This document shows positions 51,291 to 62,474 of a stretch of 64,000 bases of DNA, piece by piece; within the stretch, counting starts at the first letter, position 1; every line of letters starts with the position of its first letter. The notes below the pieces were generated by a model that saw only the letters and a list, made by a program, of their open reading frames with translations, had not been told where the DNA came from and searched no databases. The stretch is from assembly GCA_963850215.1 (NCBI GenBank), contig CAWKKI010000006.1:5535-69534 (forward strand), written 5' to 3'. The position numbers were made by a program, and so were the translations under genes. This DNA is from an uncultured Actinomycetota bacterium (GTDB lineage: Bacteria; Actinomycetota; Actinomycetes; UBA12327).

Positions 51291-54200
51291 TCAGATGCCG
51301 AGAGCCTGATCCACGACCGCCTTCTGCTCACGGTCGTGCACCGAGTGCTGGCCGACTGCGGGCGAGGACGAGGCTGGCCGCGTTGCTCGGGTCACGGCTC
51401 GACCACCGAGCGCCTCTGGCAGGTTCAACAGGATGAACGGCGCCGCCCCTTGATTGGCCGGCTCGTCCTGCACCCACATGACCTCGGCGTCGGTGCGGAA
51501 GGCCGAGAGCGCCTGGGCAATCTCGGCTGTCGGCAGCGGGTAGAACTGCTCAAGTCGAAGGATTGCGATGTCGTCGACACCGCGATCGGCCCGCGCTGCG
51601 ATCAACTCGTGGGCAATCTTGCCGGCGCACAGCACGACTCGGCGAACCTTCGACGCCTCGACTAGGGGGTCTGTGATGACTGGCGTGAATTCACCGGCCG
51701 TGAACTGCTCGGTGGGTGAAGCCGCAGCCTTCAGTCGCAACATCGACTTCGGCGTAAATACAACGAGCGGGCGGTGCTCAGCGCCGAGGGTGTGGCGCCT
51801 GAGTAGGTGGAAGTACGACGCGGGCGTCGAAGGCTGCGACACGGTCATGTTGTTCTGAGCGCACAACGTCAGGAAGCGCTCGATGCGTGCGGAGGAGTGG
51901 TCAGGCCCTTGGCCCTCATAGCCGTGCGGCAGCAGCAGCACGACGCCGGACTTCTGGTTCCACTTCTGTTCGCCCGACGAGATGAACTCGTCGATGATCG
52001 TCTGGGCCCCGTTGGCGAAGTCACCGAACTGGGCTTCCCACATCACCAACGCGTCTGGACGCGCGACCGAGTAGCCGTACTCGAAACCCATCGCTGCGAA
52101 CTCGCTTAACAACGAGTCGTAGACGTAGAACTTGGAACCGTCCGCATAGAGGTTCTTCAACGGCTTGTACCCCTGACCGGTCACGCGGTCGAAGATGACC
52201 GCGTGCCGTTGGCCGAAGGTGCCGCGTCGGGAGTCCTGCCCGGCCAATCGAACCGAACGACCCTGTGCAAGCAACGACCCGATGGCCAGCGTCTCGGCCA
52301 TCGCCCAATCGATCGTGCCGTCGGCCACCATCTGCGCGCGACGCTGCAGCTGAGGAAGCAGGCGGGGGTGCGGTGTGAACCCGGCGGGAAGCGTCGTCTG
52401 GGTCTCCACGATGCGCTTCACAAGCTCGTCATCGATGGCGCTGACGTACGCGGCTACGGTCTTGGGCTCGTGCACTGGGATCTTCGGCGCCCTGACGCCG
52501 CCGCCGGTCGTCGCCTCACGCGTCTCGCGGAAGACCTTCTCGAGCTGCTCCTGGTAGTCACGAAGAGCCTGCTCGGCTTCCTCGATCGTGATGTCGCCAC
52601 GACCAACGAGTGCCTCGGTGTAGAGCTTGCGCACGGACCGCTTGGCGTCGATCAGGTCGTACATCAACGGCTGTGTCATCGACGGGTCGTCGGTCTCGTT
52701 GTGACCGCGACGGCGGTAGCAGATCATGTCGATGACGATGTCGCGCTTGAAGGTCTGTCGGAACTCGAACGCCAACTGCGCGACGAAGATGCACGCCTCT
52801 GGGTCATCGCCATTCACGTGCAGGATCGGAGCCTGGATCATGCGCGCGACGTCGGTCGCGTACACGCTTGAGCGACTCGACTCCGGCGAGGTGGTGAAGC
52901 CCACCTGGTTGTTGACGACGAGGTGAATCGTGCCGCCGGTGCGGTAGCCGCGCAGTTGCGAGAGGTTCAACGTCTCCGCGACCACGCCCTGGCCGGCGAA
53001 GGCGGCATCGCCGTGCATGAGCAGGGGCAGCACGGTGAATCCCGCGTCACCCTTGTCGATCGTGTCCTGTTTGGCCCGTGCGATGCCCTCGAGGACCGAA
53101 TCCACCGCCTCGAGGTGAGACGGGTTTGCGGCCAGGTAGACCGGAATCTGGGTGCCTGACTCAGCGGTGAAGGTGCCGCGCGTGCCCAGGTGGTACTTCA
53201 CGTCACCCGAGCCCTGAACGCTCGACGGGTCGAGGTTGCCCTCGAACTCGCGGAAGATCTGCGCGTACGACTTACCTGCGAGGTTGGCCAGCACGTTGAG
53301 TCGACCACGGTGTGGCATGCCGACACATACCTCGTCGAGACCCGCGTCGGCCGCGTCGCTAATGATCTCGTCGAGCAACGGGATCGCAGCCTCGCCGCCC
53401 TCGAGCGAGAACCGTCGCTGCCCAACGAACTTCGTCTGCAGGAACGTCTCGAACGCTTCGGCCGCGTTGAGTCGACGCAAGATCCGCAGCTGCTCAGTGC
53501 GGTCAGGCTTCTCGTGCGGCCGCTCGATCCGCTCCTGGATCCACTCACGCTCTTCAGGGTCCTGGATGTGCATGTACTCGATGCCAACAGTGCGGCAGTA
53601 GGCATCGCGGAGCAGATCGAGGATCTCGCGCAGCGTGGCCATGCGAGTGCCGGCGAAGCCGCCGGTTGCGAACTCACGGTCGAGGTCCCACAAGGTCAGG
53701 CCGTGGGTACCGAGGTCGAGGTCCTGGTGGCTACGGACGCGATACTCAAGTGGGTCAGTGTCGGCGAGCAGGTGGCCGCGTACCCGGTAGGCGTGGATGA
53801 GTTCCTGCACGCGCGCGCCGCGGTTGACGACATCCTCGCGGCTCAAGTTGGTGTCTGGCACCCAGCGGATCGGCTCGTACGGAATCCGCAGCGAGCGGAA
53901 CACGTCGTCGTAGAAGCCGTCCTCGCCCAGAAGCAGTCCGTGGAGCACCCGTAGGAAGTCACCGGATTGCGCGCCCTGAATGATCCGGTGGTCGTAGGTC
54001 GAGGTCAGGGTCAGGACCTTGCTGACCGCGAGACGCGCGAGCGTCTCTTGCGACGTCCCTGAGTACTCGGCCGGGTACTCCATCGCGCCGACGCCGACGA
54101 TCGTGCCCTGTCCGGCCATCAGTCGGGGCACCGAGTGAACGGTGCCGATGGTGCCCGGGTTGGTCAGGCTGATCGTGGTGCCCGCAAAGTCATCGACCGT

Positions 54201-55037
54201 CAGCTTGTTGTTGCGAGCCCGGCGGACGGTGTCCTCGTAGGCGGCCCAGAAGTCCGAGAACTCCATCGTGTCTGCTCGTTTGATGCACGGAACGAGCAGC
54301 TGGCGGCTGCCATCCGGCTTGGCCAGGTCGATGGCGAGGCCAAGATTGACGTGCTGATGCTCGATCACCGCGGGCTTGCCCGTGGCATCGGTGAACGCGT
54401 AGTTCATCTCGGGCATCGCACGTAGGGCCCTGACCACCGCGTAGCCGATGAGATGCGTGAACGAGACCTTGCCGCCGCGTCCGCGGCGCAACTGCTTGTT
54501 GATCACCGTGCGGTTGTCGACGAGAAGCTTTGCCGGCACGACGCGAACGCTTGTCGCAGTCGGTACGGCGAGGCTTGCTTCCATGTTTGTCACGACCCGA
54601 GCCGCCGGCCCCTTCAGCGCGACGGTCTCGTCCTTCGCTTCTGCGGGGGCTGCGGGCGCGGCGCTCGCGGCTGCGGGCTGGGCGGGCGTCGGTGCATTGG
54701 GCCCAGTCGATGAGGGCGACGGTGTTGCCGCGGGAGTCGGTGCAGGAGCAGTCGTGGGGCTAGTCACTGGGGCGGTGGCCTTCGTCGGGGCTTGCGGAGA
54801 CGGAACGCGAGATTCGAGAGGAGCGGTCAGCGTGGGTGCGGCTGTTGGGGCCTGCTCGGTCGCTGGCGGGGATTCGGGGACAGGGCTTGAGCCGTTCCCG
54901 TTGGTCTCACCGAAGAACTCCCGCCAGACCGGGTCGACTGAGTCCTTGTCCTCGACGTACTTCTGGTAGATCTCGTCGACAAGCCATTCGTTTGGTCCGA
55001 AGCCGACGAGTCGGTTGGTGCGAGGTGTCTGGGACAC
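51291..55037 (-). CDS. kgd: Multifunctional 2-oxoglutarate decarboxylase/dehydrogenase (E2-E1 fusion)
   Basis: [10 protein letters not shown], Pro/Ala linker, [30 protein letters not shown] and WEAQFGDF motifs. Confidence 0.97.
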   Translation of the reverse strand: MSQTPRTNRLVGFGPNEWLVDEIYQKYVEDKDSVDPVWREFFGETNGNGSSPVPESPPATEQAPTAAPTLTAPLESRVPSPQAPTKATAPVTSPTTAPAPTPAATPSPSSTGPNAPTPAQPAAASAAPAAPAEAKDETVALKGPAARVVTNMEASLAVPTATSVRVVPAKLLVDNRTVINKQLRRGRGGKVSFTHLIGYAVVRALRAMPEMNYAFTDATGKPAVIEHQHVNLGLAIDLAKPDGSRQLLVPCIKRADTMEFSDFWAAYEDTVRRARNNKLTVDDFAGTTISLTNPGTIGTVHSVPRLMAGQGTIVGVGAMEYPAEYSGTSQETLARLAVSKVLTLTSTYDHRIIQGAQSGDFLRVLHGLLLGEDGFYDDVFRSLRIPYEPIRWVPDTNLSREDVVNRGARVQELIHAYRVRGHLLADTDPLEYRVRSHQDLDLGTHGLTLWDLDREFATGGFAGTRMATLREILDLLRDAYCRTVGIEYMHIQDPEEREWIQERIERPHEKPDRTEQLRILRRLNAAEAFETFLQTKFVGQRRFSLEGGEAAIPLLDEIISDAADAGLDEVCVGMPHRGRLNVLANLAGKSYAQIFREFEGNLDPSSVQGSGDVKYHLGTRGTFTAESGTQIPVYLAANPSHLEAVDSVLEGIARAKQDTIDKGDAGFTVLPLLMHGDAAFAGQGVVAETLNLSQLRGYRTGGTIHLVVNNQVGFTTSPESSRSSVYATDVARMIQAPILHVNGDDPEACIFVAQLAFEFRQTFKRDIVIDMICYRRRGHNETDDPSMTQPLMYDLIDAKRSVRKLYTEALVGRGDITIEEAEQALRDYQEQLEKVFRETREATTGGGVRAPKIPVHEPKTVAAYVSAIDDELVKRIVETQTTLPAGFTPHPRLLPQLQRRAQMVADGTIDWAMAETLAIGSLLAQGRSVRLAGQDSRRGTFGQRHAVIFDRVTGQGYKPLKNLYADGSKFYVYDSLLSEFAAMGFEYGYSVARPDALVMWEAQFGDFANGAQTIIDEFISSGEQKWNQKSGVVLLLPHGYEGQGPDHSSARIERFLTLCAQNNMTVSQPSTPASYFHLLRRHTLGAEHRPLVVFTPKSMLRLKAAASPTEQFTAGEFTPVITDPLVEASKVRRVVLCAGKIAHELIAARADRGVDDIAILRLEQFYPLPTAEIAQALSAFRTDAEVMWVQDEPANQGAAPFILLNLPEALGGRAVTRATRPASSSPAVGQHSVHDREQKAVVDQALGI

Positions 55038-55183
55038 TGGGCTCCAGCCCTTGGAAGCGTGATCCCGCGCCGGTGGCAGTGCCATCTCACGTGCGGTCAG
55101 ACGCTGCGCTGGTGTGTCGGGGGATGTGCCGACTTCGGAATCCGTCGCTCATGCGAGGACGCGAGACCCCATCCTACCAACGG

Positions 55184-56011
55184 CTACCAGCGCGGAATCA
55201 TGCGCTGGTCGTCGTCCCAGCCCGGGATGATCCGCAGCAGCCGCCCGTTGCGCGCCTTGATGTCGTCGAGGTGTCCCCGTACCTCGTTGAAATCGTCTTG
55301 AGCGTGCAGAAAACGTCCGTTGAAGTCATCGAACTCGCCGCGAGCAATGCCCACGACAAGATCACAGACGAGTTCGACGGGTGTCCATCCGCCGGGGGGT
55401 GCTGCCGGTGCGTCGTTGGCGCTGGTGAGGACCAGACCGGGGGAGACGTCGATCGCTTTGACGTTCGTCTCGCGCAGTTGTGACGCGATCTGGTCGGTGA
55501 GTCGAAAAAGGCCCGACTTCGACACCGGGTAGGCGCCGTCCGTGGGAGGAAGTGCTGCGGCTCCTGCCAACGAGTTCATCGCGACGAGGTATCCCTCGTT
55601 GCGCTCGACCATGCCGGGCAGCGTGTAGCGGGCGAAAAGGAACGGCCCCTTGAGGTTCGTCTCGACCCGGCTCCACCAGTCCTCTGGGTCGGCGTCCCAG
55701 ATCTTCTCGCCGTTCCACGTGGCCGAGCGAGCCGCGTTGTTGACCATCAGATAGGTCGGACCGAGCGAGGACTCGACCTCGTTCACGATGTGGCGGACGG
55801 CGTCGGTGTCTGCCACATCTGCGGCGAATGCCATCGCGTGCCCATCCGCGTTCGCGATCTCGGCCGCCGCTGACTCCACCTCGGAGCCGGTCCGCGCGAC
55901 GAGACCCACCGACATGCCCTCAGCGGCGAGTCGGATGGCCAGGCTGCGGCCGATGCCGCGACCGGCACCGGTCACTATCGCGACGCGGCCGCTCAGGTCG
56001 TTGCTGGGCAT
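55184..56011 (-). CDS. Short-chain dehydrogenase/reductase
   Basis: TGAGRGIG, NNA and YPVSK motifs. Confidence 0.9.
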   Translation of the reverse strand: MPSNDLSGRVAIVTGAGRGIGRSLAIRLAAEGMSVGLVARTGSEVESAAAEIANADGHAMAFAADVADTDAVRHIVNEVESSLGPTYLMVNNAARSATWNGEKIWDADPEDWWSRVETNLKGPFLFARYTLPGMVERNEGYLVAMNSLAGAAALPPTDGAYPVSKSGLFRLTDQIASQLRETNVKAIDVSPGLVLTSANDAPAAPPGGWTPVELVCDLVVGIARGEFDDFNGRFLHAQDDFNEVRGHLDDIKARNGRLLRIIPGWDDDQRMIPRW

Positions 56012-56137
56012 GAGGTCTCCTCAGATGTGGTTGGGCTTGTCGGCGGTGTCGAATCGGGCGGATCCTGGCAATGTCTACCGGGCGGTGCCTGTCAAACGCT
56101 AGGCCCCACGCGGTAGGCCGCCCGACGAGGAGAGCCC

Positions 56138-56635
56138 ATGACCGACGAGGTATCCCAGGACCCGGCTGCTCTGGTTCAGCGCGCCGCAAGCCTGCGGCCC
56201 ATACCGCGTTGGGTGGGGGCCGCGTTCATCTTTGGCGGCGCACTCATGTTCCCGTGGATCGTTTACCTGGCGTTGACCCTGCCGGTGAGCTACTCCGCGG
56301 CGCACTACTCGCTCGCCTGGGTCGGATTCGACATCTTCGTGATCGCCTTGCTGCTCTGGACAGGGCTTGCTGCATGGCGGGGCAATCCGCGCGTGGCGAC
56401 CTACGCAGCCATGACGGCGACCGTGCTGCTCGTCGACGCGTGGTTCGACATCACTCTCAGCAGCGATCAGGGTGATCTCATCCAGGCGGTGTTGCTGGCC
56501 ATCCTCGTGGAGGTGCCAGTCGCGATCGGCTGCCTATGGGTATCGCTGCACGCAAGCCACGTGATCGGTGAGCGATTCGGGTTGTTGCGTGAGGCGTGGC
56601 GCTCGATGCGCCCCCCGCCCGAAGGCGGGCCATAG
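56138..56635 (+). CDS. Membrane protein (4 TM)
   Basis: PWIVYLALTLP, WVGFD and LLVDAWFD motifs. Confidence 0.8.
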   Translation: MTDEVSQDPAALVQRAASLRPIPRWVGAAFIFGGALMFPWIVYLALTLPVSYSAAHYSLAWVGFDIFVIALLLWTGLAAWRGNPRVATYAAMTATVLLVDAWFDITLSSDQGDLIQAVLLAILVEVPVAIGCLWVSLHASHVIGERFGLLREAWRSMRPPPEGGP

Positions 56636-56702
56636 GGACCGCTGGCATACTTAGCCGACCCTAATTGCCCCGCGGCCGACGTGTGGTTGGCCTGGAGGAC
56701 TC

Positions 56703-58871
56703 ATGCGTTCGTGGGCCGGTTTCGTCTACCGTCACCGCAAGCTCGTACTCGTTGTTTGGCTCATCGCCCTGTTCGGCACTGGCTTCATTGCGAAGTCCTG
56801 GGGTACTCAGTACTCCAGCGCTTTCAACCTGCCCAATACCGAGTCCACCCACGCCTTGTCCGTGCTCAGCGAGAAGTTCCCCTCACAGGCGGGCGCTTCG
56901 CTGCAGTTGGTCTTCCACGCGAAGACCGGCACGGTGACCGACAGCACCAACAAGCCCGAGATCGAAGCGCTGCTGACCAAGATTGAGGCAACGCCTCACG
57001 TCGACACCGTCCAGAGCCCGTTTGACGCCACCGCGGCCGGACAGATCTCCAAGGACGAGTCGGTCGCCTACGCCAACGTCATCTTCGACCAGCGTTACCC
57101 GACTCCCGCGGTGGTGAGCCCGGTCATCGACACCGCACTTGCGGCTAACAGCACGACTCTGCAGGTCGAGGCGGGCGGTCCGCTTGTCTCGCAGTCCCAG
57201 AGTCAGCCGCCGAGTTCTGAGGCGTTGGGTCTGCTTGCAGCGGCACTCATCTTGCTGATCACGTTCGGCTCTTTGGTCGCAATGACGCTCCCGCTGATCA
57301 GCGCGGTCGTCGCGCTGGGCACCGCCATCAGTGTTATCGGGATGGTGTCCCATGGCCTTCAGATCGCCGAGTTCGGCCCCACCCTTGCGACCTTGATCGG
57401 GCTGGGCGTCGGTATCGACTATGCGCTGTTCATCGTCAGTCGGTTCCGCCAGACCTTGCATGACGGGGAGACCGTGGAGAACTCCGTCATCATGTCGCTC
57501 GACTCGTCGGGCCGCGCGGTCGTGTTCGCGGGTGTAACGGTTTGCATCGCGTTGCTCGGGCTCTTCCTGCTCCACGTCAGCTTCTTGTACGGCATCGCCA
57601 TCTCAGCCAGCATTGCCGTCGCCTTCACGATGCTCTCTGCAGTGACATTGCTGCCAGCCATCCTGGGGATGCTTGGCCCTCGGGTCGACAAGGGCAAGGT
57701 GCCCTTCCGCAACATCGATGCCAACGAGCACCCTGGTTGGGCTCGTTGGGCAGGGCAAATCAAGCGCCGCCCGTGGGTCTTCGCAATCGCAGGCTTGCTG
57801 ATCGTGCTCACCTTGGCCATCCCGGTTCTGTCGATGCGGCTCGGTTCGTCTGACGCTGGAACTGCACCGAAGTCCGACACGACACGGCGCGCCTACGACT
57901 TGCTCGCCGAAGGCTTCGGCCCTGGTTTCAACGGTCCGTTCACGGTGACCGTGCAGTTGCCGAAGGGCAAGGAAGCCGACGCGGCCGCGGTGTCCGATCT
58001 TGACGCGCGCCTTCGCGCGGCGGATGGCGTTGCCGCGGTGTCGCCGCCGATCTACAGCAAGGACGGAACCGCCGCGATCATCCAGGTCGTGCCCACCACC
58101 GGGCCGCAGGCGGCCGCCACCACCGAACTCTTGAAGTACTTGCGCACCCAGGTGATTCCCTCGGCCGTAGCCGGCAGCGATGTCGTCGTCTCAGTCGGAG
58201 GCATCACCGCCATCTTCGAGGACTTTTCTCAGGTGCTGCAGCAGAAGTTGCCGTTGTTCATCGGCGTGGTGGTTCTGGTCAGCATGTTCTTGCTGATGTT
58301 GGTCTTCCGCAGTCTCGTGATCCCGGTCAAGGCAGCGGTCATGAACCTGCTCTCGATCCTCGCTGCCTTCGGCGTGGTTGTGGCCGTTTTCCAATGGGGC
58401 TGGGGCGCGAGCCTCATCGGCGTCGATGCGACCGGGCCGATCGAGGCCTTCCTCCCGGTGATGCTGTTCGCGATCCTGTTTGGGCTGTCGATGGACTACG
58501 AGGTGTTCCTCGTGTCTCGAATGCACGAGGAGTGGCTGCGCAAGAAGGACAACGACTACGCGGTGGAAACCGGTCTGACCAAGACCGGCGGAGTAATCAC
58601 GGCGGCCGCAACGATCATGATCGTGGTGTTCGCGTCGTTCATCCTCGGTGGCGAACGAGTCATCAAGCTCTTCGGGCTCGGCTTCGCGTGTGCGGTCTTC
58701 ATCGACGCGTTCATCATTCGTTCGGCCATCGTGCCCGGCGTGATGTTCATCATCGGCAAGGCGAACTGGTACCTGCCTAGCTGGCTCGACCGGATCCTGC
58801 CGCAGTTGTCGATTGAGCCGGCAGCAGAGCACGGCGAGCCGGAGGAGAAGGAACCCGCCACCGTCGGCTAG
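56703..58871 (+). CDS. MMPL/RND family transporter
   Basis: GVGIDYALFIVSRFR, GFGPGFNGP and FGLSMDYEVFLVSR motifs. Confidence 0.95.
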   Translation: MRSWAGFVYRHRKLVLVVWLIALFGTGFIAKSWGTQYSSAFNLPNTESTHALSVLSEKFPSQAGASLQLVFHAKTGTVTDSTNKPEIEALLTKIEATPHVDTVQSPFDATAAGQISKDESVAYANVIFDQRYPTPAVVSPVIDTALAANSTTLQVEAGGPLVSQSQSQPPSSEALGLLAAALILLITFGSLVAMTLPLISAVVALGTAISVIGMVSHGLQIAEFGPTLATLIGLGVGIDYALFIVSRFRQTLHDGETVENSVIMSLDSSGRAVVFAGVTVCIALLGLFLLHVSFLYGIAISASIAVAFTMLSAVTLLPAILGMLGPRVDKGKVPFRNIDANEHPGWARWAGQIKRRPWVFAIAGLLIVLTLAIPVLSMRLGSSDAGTAPKSDTTRRAYDLLAEGFGPGFNGPFTVTVQLPKGKEADAAAVSDLDARLRAADGVAAVSPPIYSKDGTAAIIQVVPTTGPQAAATTELLKYLRTQVIPSAVAGSDVVVSVGGITAIFEDFSQVLQQKLPLFIGVVVLVSMFLLMLVFRSLVIPVKAAVMNLLSILAAFGVVVAVFQWGWGASLIGVDATGPIEAFLPVMLFAILFGLSMDYEVFLVSRMHEEWLRKKDNDYAVETGLTKTGGVITAAATIMIVVFASFILGGERVIKLFGLGFACAVFIDAFIIRSAIVPGVMFIIGKANWYLPSWLDRILPQLSIEPAAEHGEPEEKEPATVG

Positions 58872-58900
58872 CTCGACAAGGCGGTGGGTGAGTAGGTCGG

Positions 58901-59542
58901 CTAGTCGAGCCGGACGGTTCCGTTCGGTGTGTGGACGTGCACCGCGCAGAGCCCGTGTTCGTCGGCCTCGTTGACCCAGTTGACCGTGACCCCGTCCAAC
59001 GCATTCGTGTATGGCACGCCGAGCCAGTCATCGACCTCGGCGGCATCCCCGCTGATGTCGAGCGCGGCGATCTGAATGTCCGCCCTGGCTGGTGCGCTTG
59101 GGTGCTCGGCTTCAGACACAAGCCATTGCACGAAGAACGGCAGCTGTGGGTCGGCCATCGTGTCTGAGATGCCGATCTGTTTCCACCGCAGCTCAACCCC
59201 GTCGGGGCGATGTCTGTTGCCGTCCACCGACTCGCGGCCAAGGCGTGACTCCAGCGGTGCGATGTCGTCGACCGCGATCACCCACCCCAGCCAGCCGCCG
59301 CCTTGCTCCGCTCGTTGCTTGACAGCACGACCGAACGGTGCACGATCCGCGGCGGGGTGCTCAAGTGCTGCGACGACTTCGATGTAGGAGTGTCCGGCCA
59401 AGGGCAGCACGAAATTGCTGGTGCCAAACCTGGGGTGCTTGCCACCGTCGATGAACGGTGTGCCGATGGCTGCGCCGAGTCGTTGAACCGTGTCGGCGAG
59501 CTCGTCGTGACTGACCGCGTAGGACACGTGATCGAGTTGCAT
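58901..59542 (-). CDS. VOC family (glyoxalase-like) protein
   Basis: MQLDHVSYA, GGKHPRFGT.N, YIEVV and LPFFVQW motifs. Confidence 0.88.
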   Translation of the reverse strand: MQLDHVSYAVSHDELADTVQRLGAAIGTPFIDGGKHPRFGTSNFVLPLAGHSYIEVVAALEHPAADRAPFGRAVKQRAEQGGGWLGWVIAVDDIAPLESRLGRESVDGNRHRPDGVELRWKQIGISDTMADPQLPFFVQWLVSEAEHPSAPARADIQIAALDISGDAAEVDDWLGVPYTNALDGVTVNWVNEADEHGLCAVHVHTPNGTVRLD

Positions 59543-59652
59543 GGCGCCATGGTGACGTATGGGAGCGCAGACTTCGCACCGACCCCCCGGAATGTCGTGC
59601 CTGTTGCCACACTGATGGGGCGAGTGCTCGACGAGGCGGAGGTTTGTTAGGC

Positions 59653-60930
59653 ATGACATCGCTGGTGGAGGGCATCGCGCACGGCCTGCGCGAGTCGTTC
59701 TACATGGCCTGGGACACGTTGTGGGCGCTGATCCTCGGCTTTGCGCTGTCCGGCGCCGTGCAGGCCTTTGTGTCTCGCGACAAGATGCGCGCAAGTCTGG
59801 GAGGACATCGGCCTGCCGCTGTGACTCGGGCGTCGTTCTTCGGGGCGGTGTCGTCGTCGTGCTCCTATGCGGCATCGGCGCTCGCGAAGTCTCTGGTCGT
59901 GAAGGGCGCCGACTTCACCTCGGCAATGGTGTTCATGTTCGCCTCGACCAACCTTGTACTCGAACTCGGCCTCGTGATGCTCGTGTTGATGGGCTGGCAG
60001 TTTTTGGTCGCGCAGTACATCGGTGGGGTGATCATGATCGTGCTGATTGCACTGGCCGGCGCCCTCTGGTTTCGGGGGCGAGCGTTGGATCGGGCGCGTC
60101 GAGTGGCCGAAGAGTCGTCTGGGTTGGCGGCGCGGGGTGAGGACGGTCAGGCCCACCTCGAAGAGCCTGAATCGAACGACTCGGGCACCCGCGCTGGTAT
60201 CAAGTCGATCGCCGGCTGGTCGGATGCGGCGGGCTACACGTTTGCCGACCTGCGCATGCTCCGCAAGGAGATCGTGTTCGGTTTTCTCGCCGCGGGCTTC
60301 ATTACGGCGTTGGTTCCGGTCAGCGTCTGGAACGCACTTTTCATTCCGGGCCACGGCCTGCTGACCGCGATCGAGAACGCGATCGTTGGGCCATTCATTG
60401 CGATGTTGAGTTGCGTCTGCTCCATCGGGAACGTTGCGCTCGCCGCAGCGTTGTGGGTTGGCGGCATCAGCTTCGGTGGTGTGATCGCCTTCGTCTTCGC
60501 TGATTTGATTGCGTTGCCGTTGCTGCTGATCTATCGACGGATGTATGGCGCAGCCATGATGTGGCGGATGCTCGCGATCTTCTGGGCGGTCATGTCACTG
60601 GCCGGTTTGACCACCGAGGGCATCTTCGCGGCGGCTGGTGCGATTCCGAGTCGGTCGACAAGCTTTGTGATGGACGAGCAACTGTCGTGGAACTACACGA
60701 CGTTCCTGAACATCGCGATGCTTCTCGTCTTGGCGGTACTCGTCTACCTTCGCCGAAATCGTGATCGTTTTGGGGCAGGCGCCAGCGTGGCCATTGATCC
60801 CGTGTGCGGCATGCAGGTCGAGATTGCGCACGCTCCTGCTCGCATGGTCGTGGATGGCAAATCGGAGTACTTCTGTAGCGAGCACTGCATGCACAGATTC
60901 GCTGCAACACATCCGACGACCTCGACGTAG
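59653..60930 (+). CDS. Permease (DUF318/ArsP-like) with C-terminal YHS/TRASH metal-binding domain
   Basis: SSSCSYA, ASTNLV.ELG and CVCSIGNV motifs; C-terminal DPVCGM...YFCSEHC. Confidence 0.88.
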   Translation: MTSLVEGIAHGLRESFYMAWDTLWALILGFALSGAVQAFVSRDKMRASLGGHRPAAVTRASFFGAVSSSCSYAASALAKSLVVKGADFTSAMVFMFASTNLVLELGLVMLVLMGWQFLVAQYIGGVIMIVLIALAGALWFRGRALDRARRVAEESSGLAARGEDGQAHLEEPESNDSGTRAGIKSIAGWSDAAGYTFADLRMLRKEIVFGFLAAGFITALVPVSVWNALFIPGHGLLTAIENAIVGPFIAMLSCVCSIGNVALAAALWVGGISFGGVIAFVFADLIALPLLLIYRRMYGAAMMWRMLAIFWAVMSLAGLTTEGIFAAAGAIPSRSTSFVMDEQLSWNYTTFLNIAMLLVLAVLVYLRRNRDRFGAGASVAIDPVCGMQVEIAHAPARMVVDGKSEYFCSEHCMHRFAATHPTTST

Positions 60931-60932
60931 GC

Positions 60933-61400
60933 TTGAATCTGCAAGCAACCGCAGACACGGTCCACGTGCAGGAGCTCAAGGTGCCCCTTCGCCTCTCATC
61001 GCATCACGCATTCAGCCGGTTCGTGACTGGGTCGTACATCCTGCACACGGGCCTGGACAAGTGGAAAGCCGGCGAGGATCTCGCACGGGGAGTGCACGCG
61101 AGCGCGTCGAACGCGTACCCCGTCTTCAAGCAAGTGGAGCCCGAGCAGTTCATCAAGTTGCTTGCCGTGGGCGAGATCGCGACTGGGGCAGTCCTCCTGA
61201 CTCCCTTCATCCCCAACCGTGTCGCCGGAGCGATGCTCACGGGTTTCTCCGGCTTGCTGCTCGGCATGTATGCGCGCAACCCCGCCCTACGCCGCGAGGG
61301 CAGCATCTGGCCGAGTCAGACTGGTGTCGCAGTAAGCAAGGACTCATGGCTGCTGGCGATCGGTCTCGATCTCCTTCTGGACTCAGGTCGCCGGTCCTAG
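60933..61400 (+). CDS. DoxX-like membrane protein (start uncertain)
   Basis: GSYILHTGL.K, GEIATGAVLL and VSKDSWLLAIG motifs. Confidence 0.75.
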   Translation: MNLQATADTVHVQELKVPLRLSSHHAFSRFVTGSYILHTGLDKWKAGEDLARGVHASASNAYPVFKQVEPEQFIKLLAVGEIATGAVLLTPFIPNRVAGAMLTGFSGLLLGMYARNPALRREGSIWPSQTGVAVSKDSWLLAIGLDLLLDSGRRS

Positions 61401-62459
61401 AAAGCGCTCGACGTCCTGAGCGTCGCGATCTAGTGCATCCATTGCCTGCTCGGATACCTTCGCGTCAGCGAATGGCGCGATCTGCACGCCCGTGGTTCGC
61501 GACCAGGACCACGTGCCCGCTGCGCGGCCGTCCACGAGTGCGAACGACCGGAACATCCCGTTGCTCGTCACCAACTCGTTGTGCCCGTTGAGGACCGGGT
61601 CTCGTGACGCCCAGCCCATGAGCAACTCGTCGAACGGACCGAGCAGACTGGGACCTACCTGCGCACGCGACGACTTGGGTCCGTCGACCAAAGTAAAAAG
61701 GCCGTCTGGCGCTGCCTTGGTCTCTGCGGCGATCGCATCGAAGCCGCGTCGAGCCCGACCGAGTGTGATGCCCGTCCACTTCGCCAAATCGGCGGGGCCA
61801 GCGGGCGCGTGCCCCGCCAGGTATCGACGCGCAAGTCGTGCGAGGTCTGCATCCTCGTCGTGATCTACGGGCCGCTTCCCGAGCCAACCCTCCGCGAGTA
61901 CGAATGGTTGCTCGTTGCCGCTCGGGGCTCCGCGGACGCAGACACCCTCTATGGACGCTTTGAACGCGATCTGGATGAACGCTTGGCCATCGGCCGGAAT
62001 CTTCTTGCGGGTGAGCAGTTGCCGCAGATCTGCGCGCGTCTGCGGGCCTTCCGACAGGGCCTCGGTGATCAAGTCGACTCCGCGGGCGGCGACTTGAGGA
62101 GTCACGCCTACGTTTTCGAGTTGCCTGCCACTGACGTTGACAAGTTGAGGCGTGGTGAGGCGGTGCATCCACCAGTAGTCGTCTCGGTGTACGAGGTGCA
62201 ACGTGCCGCGGTTGAGCCACGACACCACCAACGAGCCGGCACTTCTAAGCTCGTCATCGACATCGCTTTGGTACAGCCCGCGACTGCGGGCGCGAATCGT
62301 GAGTCTCATGCCGCGCACGTCTTGTGACTGCACGGCAAGCAAGCGTTCGACTACGGCAGCCACTGAGGTGGCCTTCGGACCCGCGAGCAGTTGCGCTCTC
62401 AGCCGCTGCGAATGTGTCGAGGAGACTTGGCTCGGCTCGCGCCTATTCACACGCGCCAC
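61383..62459 (-). CDS. AlkZ-like winged-helix DNA glycosylase (HTH_42)
   Basis: AVQSQD (QxQ), RGTLHLV, RYL..H.PA...D..W.G, L.PFDE and DGRAAGTW motifs. Confidence 0.88.
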   Translation of the reverse strand: MARVNRREPSQVSSTHSQRLRAQLLAGPKATSVAAVVERLLAVQSQDVRGMRLTIRARSRGLYQSDVDDELRSAGSLVVSWLNRGTLHLVHRDDYWWMHRLTTPQLVNVSGRQLENVGVTPQVAARGVDLITEALSEGPQTRADLRQLLTRKKIPADGQAFIQIAFKASIEGVCVRGAPSGNEQPFVLAEGWLGKRPVDHDEDADLARLARRYLAGHAPAGPADLAKWTGITLGRARRGFDAIAAETKAAPDGLFTLVDGPKSSRAQVGPSLLGPFDELLMGWASRDPVLNGHNELVTSNGMFRSFALVDGRAAGTWSWSRTTGVQIAPFADAKVSEQAMDALDRDAQDVERFLGPAT

Positions 62460-62474
62460 GCTACCGAGGCAGCG

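Noticed and set aside
54640-54900. Low-complexity Pro/Ala/Thr tract in kgd
   Set aside because: Ordinary flexible linker of actinobacterial Kgd.
59589-59615. GGAAT upstream of the permease as a SigR promoter
   Set aside because: No GTT at the 18-19 nt spacing.
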